From a virus (Duplodnaviria; Caudoviricetes), in IMG/VR virus record IMGVR_UViG_3300042291_001013: DNA of 64,000 nucleotides, one strand, 5' to 3'. Positions 60,826-64,000 of this stretch are shown here, piece by piece (within the stretch, counting starts at the first letter, position 1; every line of letters begins with the position of its first letter). Below the pieces are notes generated by a model. The model had not been told where the DNA came from. It saw only the letters and a program-made list of their open reading frames with translations, and did not search any database. Made by a program: the position numbers and the translations under genes.

Positions 60826-61967
60826 AGGAACTCCAGTTCAGGCCAAAGTCGCACAAACTCACCTGCTTTGTCAGGATGGTATTTGTGTTCAATATCATAG
60901 ATGTGTTTCCAAAACGCAATATCAACATCAGATACTTTGACAATGTCCAGGCGCTCATTGTATGTTTTGAGTGCTTGATCAAAAAATACTTGTTCAGACT
61001 CTGTTACCAAGTTGTTGGCATACAAGTATTGTATTTCATCTGCGGCAAGTTTTGCAACACTGGCACCGTGAGTAAATGGATCCAAGTACTTGGGCTGGAA
61101 CAAGTTTTGCCACAAGATGGTTGTGTCTGTTTCCTGGGCAAATTGTTTTAGTTCACGCAGGCGTGTGGCATTGTAAATATTGTACACAGCATGTATGCCG
61201 CCCCAGTGCCCGTTGTTTTTCATCAAGTTTTTGACCACGGCTAGGTTATTCTGCAACATTGACCAAGAACCGCCATAACGAACATATTCAAAACGTTCAC
61301 CTACATTGTCAAAGCTCATGCTCCAGCCGACTCGTTTGCGCTGTGCTAGTTTCCGGAAGATTTTGTTTTTTTCTAAGTCAACATTCATGTTGGTGATTAG
61401 CGTAACAATAGCTGATTCTGGTATGACATCCAGTAATCGTTCATTTTCTGGCAGTAGTAGTGGCTCGCCACCTACCAAGGCCACTTCATGTATGTGACCA
61501 TGGTGTTGTTCGATGAAGTCACACACCTGTTCATAGTACGGACGAGAGCCTGACCGGAATGGTACCTGCTTTAATGCGGCCCACTTTGAGCTGGCACCAG
61601 GATCACAATAGTTACAACTCAAATTGCAAGTTGTATTCCAACGCACATCCACAATCACAGGATAGTGATACTGGTCCCCGGCTGTGGCATAATCAAAATT
61701 GGGGTTTACATTGTTGTGCCATTGGCGTTCTGAGTCTGCACCAAAACGTTCTGCCTGCACACAGTTTGAGCAGTATTCGTGTGCTTGACCTTGTGCAAGA
61801 CTAGTTCGCACTTCAGCCATTGTGCTGTTGTTTAAAACTTCCGTGATTGTGTTTGTGTTGAGGTTACCCAGCATGTTGGGGTTGCCGGCACAACAGGTTT
61901 TAACATCGCCACGGGGGTTTATGTGTAGGCCACGCCAGGGTGCGGCGCAGTAGAAATTATCGCTCAT
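60816..61967 (-). CDS. Radical SAM protein with N-terminal twitch/SPASM-like domain
   Basis: YCAAPW..GDVKTCC; CNLSCNYC; VGGEPL; VRYG; TAAATA 4 nt upstream. Confidence 0.9.
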   Translation of the reverse strand: MSDNFYCAAPWRGLHINPRGDVKTCCAGNPNMLGNLNTNTITEVLNNSTMAEVRTSLAQGQAHEYCSNCVQAERFGADSERQWHNNVNPNFDYATAGDQYHYPVIVDVRWNTTCNLSCNYCDPGASSKWAALKQVPFRSGSRPYYEQVCDFIEQHHGHIHEVALVGGEPLLLPENERLLDVIPESAIVTLITNMNVDLEKNKIFRKLAQRKRVGWSMSFDNVGERFEYVRYGGSWSMLQNNLAVVKNLMKNNGHWGGIHAVYNIYNATRLRELKQFAQETDTTILWQNLFQPKYLDPFTHGASVAKLAADEIQYLYANNLVTESEQVFFDQALKTYNERLDIVKVSDVDIAFWKHIYDIEHKYHPDKAGEFVRLWPELEFLCK

Positions 61968-61985
61968 GCCTTATTTAAAGGCGGA

Positions 61986-62423
61986 TCAGTTGCACCAAGA
62001 TGTTTTGGCTTCACCGTAATATTCACGGGCAAACCCGTTGGCAATAAGCATTTGACGCAGACTTTGTCCGTTTAGCAGGACATCTCCCAGCACACGACCA
62101 CCATACTTGTCCCAGTCCATGAGCACAACCTGTCGTTGTGAAGCCTGGGCAACGGCTGCTTTGGTAAAGGCTGATGCCGCTTCGCCACGCTGTGCTTCAC
62201 TGGGGCAGGCTGCGCGGAATCCTTTTTCTGGAGTATCCACACCGTACACTCTGATACTGAGTTCTTTTTTGAGTGGTGCAGGCAAAAAGTCTGCTTGAAA
62301 AGCCACTGTATCGCCGTCTATGACTCTGGTGATCACAGCGTCATAGGTCACGCCAGGACGTTGTCGGGGTTGTGCAACAGCCAGCACAGGCATGATCAGC
62401 AAGAGTAGTAAGAGTTTTTTCAT
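61986..62423 (-). CDS. Secreted thermonuclease (SNase-like)
   Basis: Signal peptide MKKLLLLLLIMPVLAVA; IDGDT, RVYGVDTPE and DKYGGRVLG motifs. Confidence 0.9.
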   Translation of the reverse strand: MKKLLLLLLIMPVLAVAQPRQRPGVTYDAVITRVIDGDTVAFQADFLPAPLKKELSIRVYGVDTPEKGFRAACPSEAQRGEAASAFTKAAVAQASQRQVVLMDWDKYGGRVLGDVLLNGQSLRQMLIANGFAREYYGEAKTSWCN

Positions 62424-62430
62424 ATTGATA

Positions 62431-63657
62431 TTAAGTGTAGTAAACAATTTCACCTGTGGTGGGATTGTATGCCATTTGGTAGAACCCTGCAGGTAATCCA
62501 CTGGATCCACCGTTGCGCACAGGTTTCACTGTGAATGTGTTGGCAGTGGTTTGATTTAGTGCCGAGCCAGTGGCGTTCAGGATGATTGAGTTGTTGGCTT
62601 GATTAACGTCACCAGCATTAGATCCAATTGCTATAGCATAGGTTCCTTGACTTGAGTTACCAGCAAACTCTCCTATGGCTATTGCACTGTTACCTTGTGA
62701 GGTCATACCAGCACTGACTCCAACTGCTACTGTTCGCTCACCCTGTGCTGAATTACCAGCATACGATCCTATGGCTACTGCTATAGAACTTTGATTGGAA
62801 AATCCAGCTCGTTGTCCCACTGCTACTGATTGACTACCTTGTGTGGTTCGTCCGGCGCTGTCTCCGACTGCTACAGAATATGCACCTTGTGTGGTTTCCC
62901 CAGCTTGCTTACCAACAGCAACTGATTGAATGCCTTGTGTGGTTTGGCCAGCACCAACGCCAACAGCAACTGATTGTATGCCTTGTGTAGTTTCGCCAGC
63001 ATATAGTCCAATAGCAACTGATTGTGTGCCTTGCGTAGTTGCGCCTGCACTGTGGCCAATGGCCACTGCGTCGTCACCTTGCAAAGCAACACTGCCACCG
63101 GCATTTTGTCCAATTGCCACTGCTGTTGATCCTTGGGTGGCGCCAGCATTTTGTCCAATTGCAACACTTTGATTACCTTGACTGTTCAGTCCAGCACCTT
63201 CGCCAATGGCCACAGAACTTATGCCTTGAGCATCATACCCGGCCGATGAACCAATGGCCACAGCATGGGTGCCTTGAGTGGTGTTGCCACCAGCATTTAG
63301 ACCAATTGATATGGCGGCGCCGCTTTGACCGCCGGCACCGGCTGCTTGACCCACGGCTATTGCCGCATTGGCTTGACCGTCAAATCCGGCATTTTGACCT
63401 AACGCTATAATAGTAGGGCCACTCGCACCAGTTTTGTTGCTCAACAGTGCCCAGGTTGTTGCACCACCAGGTGTGGCCACTGCTGTGAGGTCGCCTAGTG
63501 CGTTGCCCACATACACAATGCTTGTGGTCTGATCTACCACAAGTTCGCCAGGTCTAGCATTGCCGTCGTACTCAGCCAAGGTAACTTGGGCGTTGTCCTT
63601 CATTGCGGCACGTGATATGCCAGTAATGTTGTCGTATGGTGGAGGTGGATTGGCCAT
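62431..63657 (-). CDS. Tail fibre/adhesin with about 17 YadA-head-like 16-aa repeats
   Basis: QGxxAVA(I/V)GxxAGxxx repeats; N-terminal 'PGELVVD..VYVG' attachment-like domain. Confidence 0.75.
   Translation of the reverse strand: MANPPPPYDNITGISRAAMKDNAQVTLAEYDGNARPGELVVDQTTSIVYVGNALGDLTAVATPGGATTWALLSNKTGASGPTIIALGQNAGFDGQANAAIAVGQAAGAGGQSGAAISIGLNAGGNTTQGTHAVAIGSSAGYDAQGISSVAIGEGAGLNSQGNQSVAIGQNAGATQGSTAVAIGQNAGGSVALQGDDAVAIGHSAGATTQGTQSVAIGLYAGETTQGIQSVAVGVGAGQTTQGIQSVAVGKQAGETTQGAYSVAVGDSAGRTTQGSQSVAVGQRAGFSNQSSIAVAIGSYAGNSAQGERTVAVGVSAGMTSQGNSAIAIGEFAGNSSQGTYAIAIGSNAGDVNQANNSIILNATGSALNQTTANTFTVKPVRNGGSSGLPAGFYQMAYNPTTGEIVYYT
62600..63410 (-). repeat. Degenerate coding tandem repeat with a period of about 48 nt
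   Basis: Best conserved around 62880-63050 (recurring gccttgtgt...agcaactgattg); boundaries approximate. Confidence 0.8.
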
Positions 63658-63658
63658 G

Positions 63659-64000
63659 TTATGCTATTTGGTAAGTACCCGAGATATCAAAGTGTGCGCC
63701 TGATTGCCAGGCGCCTGTGGCTGGAGTGTTGAATTTCCAAACTAGATCAGAGACACTACCAGAATAATACAGTTTCATTACAGTGGTGCTGTCAACAACG
63801 TCTGTGATTCCAGCAATATGGTACAAGGCAGGAGCACCAGAACCGGCTGTTTGATGCAGGCTGCCACCTGCCAGTCTAAATGTGTTTATTGCGGGTGTGG
63901 GCAGTGTAATCTGATATCCTGTGCTGCCAAAGTTGGTAACCCCTGTAAAATCCACATACACATGTATATACATCAGCGGACCCATACGCACATAGGATGC
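63659..64000 (-). CDS. Tail-fibre-like protein, C-terminal part; enters from the right edge
   Basis: Frame is open to base 64000 (ASYVRMGPLMYIHVYV...); beta-rich C-terminal domain ending ISGTYQIA. Confidence 0.7.
   Translation of the reverse strand, partial: ASYVRMGPLMYIHVYVDFTGVTNFGSTGYQITLPTPAINTFRLAGGSLHQTAGSGAPALYHIAGITDVVDSTTVMKLYYSGSVSDLVWKFNTPATGAWQSGAHFDISGTYQIA

Overview
All 64 kb read as a densely coding segment of a large T4-like (myovirus-type) bacteriophage genome, mostly on the minus strand and in the standard genetic code. Core genes recognised from motifs: NrdA/NrdB/glutaredoxin, gp41-like helicase, gp61-like primase, UvsW, UvsX, UvsY, gp32-like SSB, gp17 terminase, a probable gp62-like clamp-loader subunit, a PAAR spike tip, tailspike/fibre proteins and putative internal head proteins. 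A large 'tailoring' gene set is wedged between the core genes: 7 radical-SAM enzymes, 6 SGNH-like proteins, 5 methyltransferases, 7 glycosyltransferase-like proteins, Gmd, a cytidylyltransferase-cupin fusion, 2 SDRs, a 2OG-Fe(II) oxygenase and a sulfotransferase-like protein. The phage also carries genes supplying the cofactors these enzymes need (IscU/IscA for Fe-S clusters, MetK for SAM). The most unusual items are: this cofactor-supplied modification system; a 192-aa mini-DnaE keeping all three catalytic Asp positions; a putative virion-packaged Pol-beta nucleotidyltransferase/ligase fusion; a 3'-UTR hairpin whose loop is antisense to the ribosome-binding site of its own early operon; a decayed duplicate of the iscA 3' end marking a gene insertion; widespread leaderless transcription; and a structured gp32 leader. 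I found no tRNA, rRNA, CRISPR array, reverse transcriptase or functional intein. All assignments come from motifs read by eye; no database searches were run.
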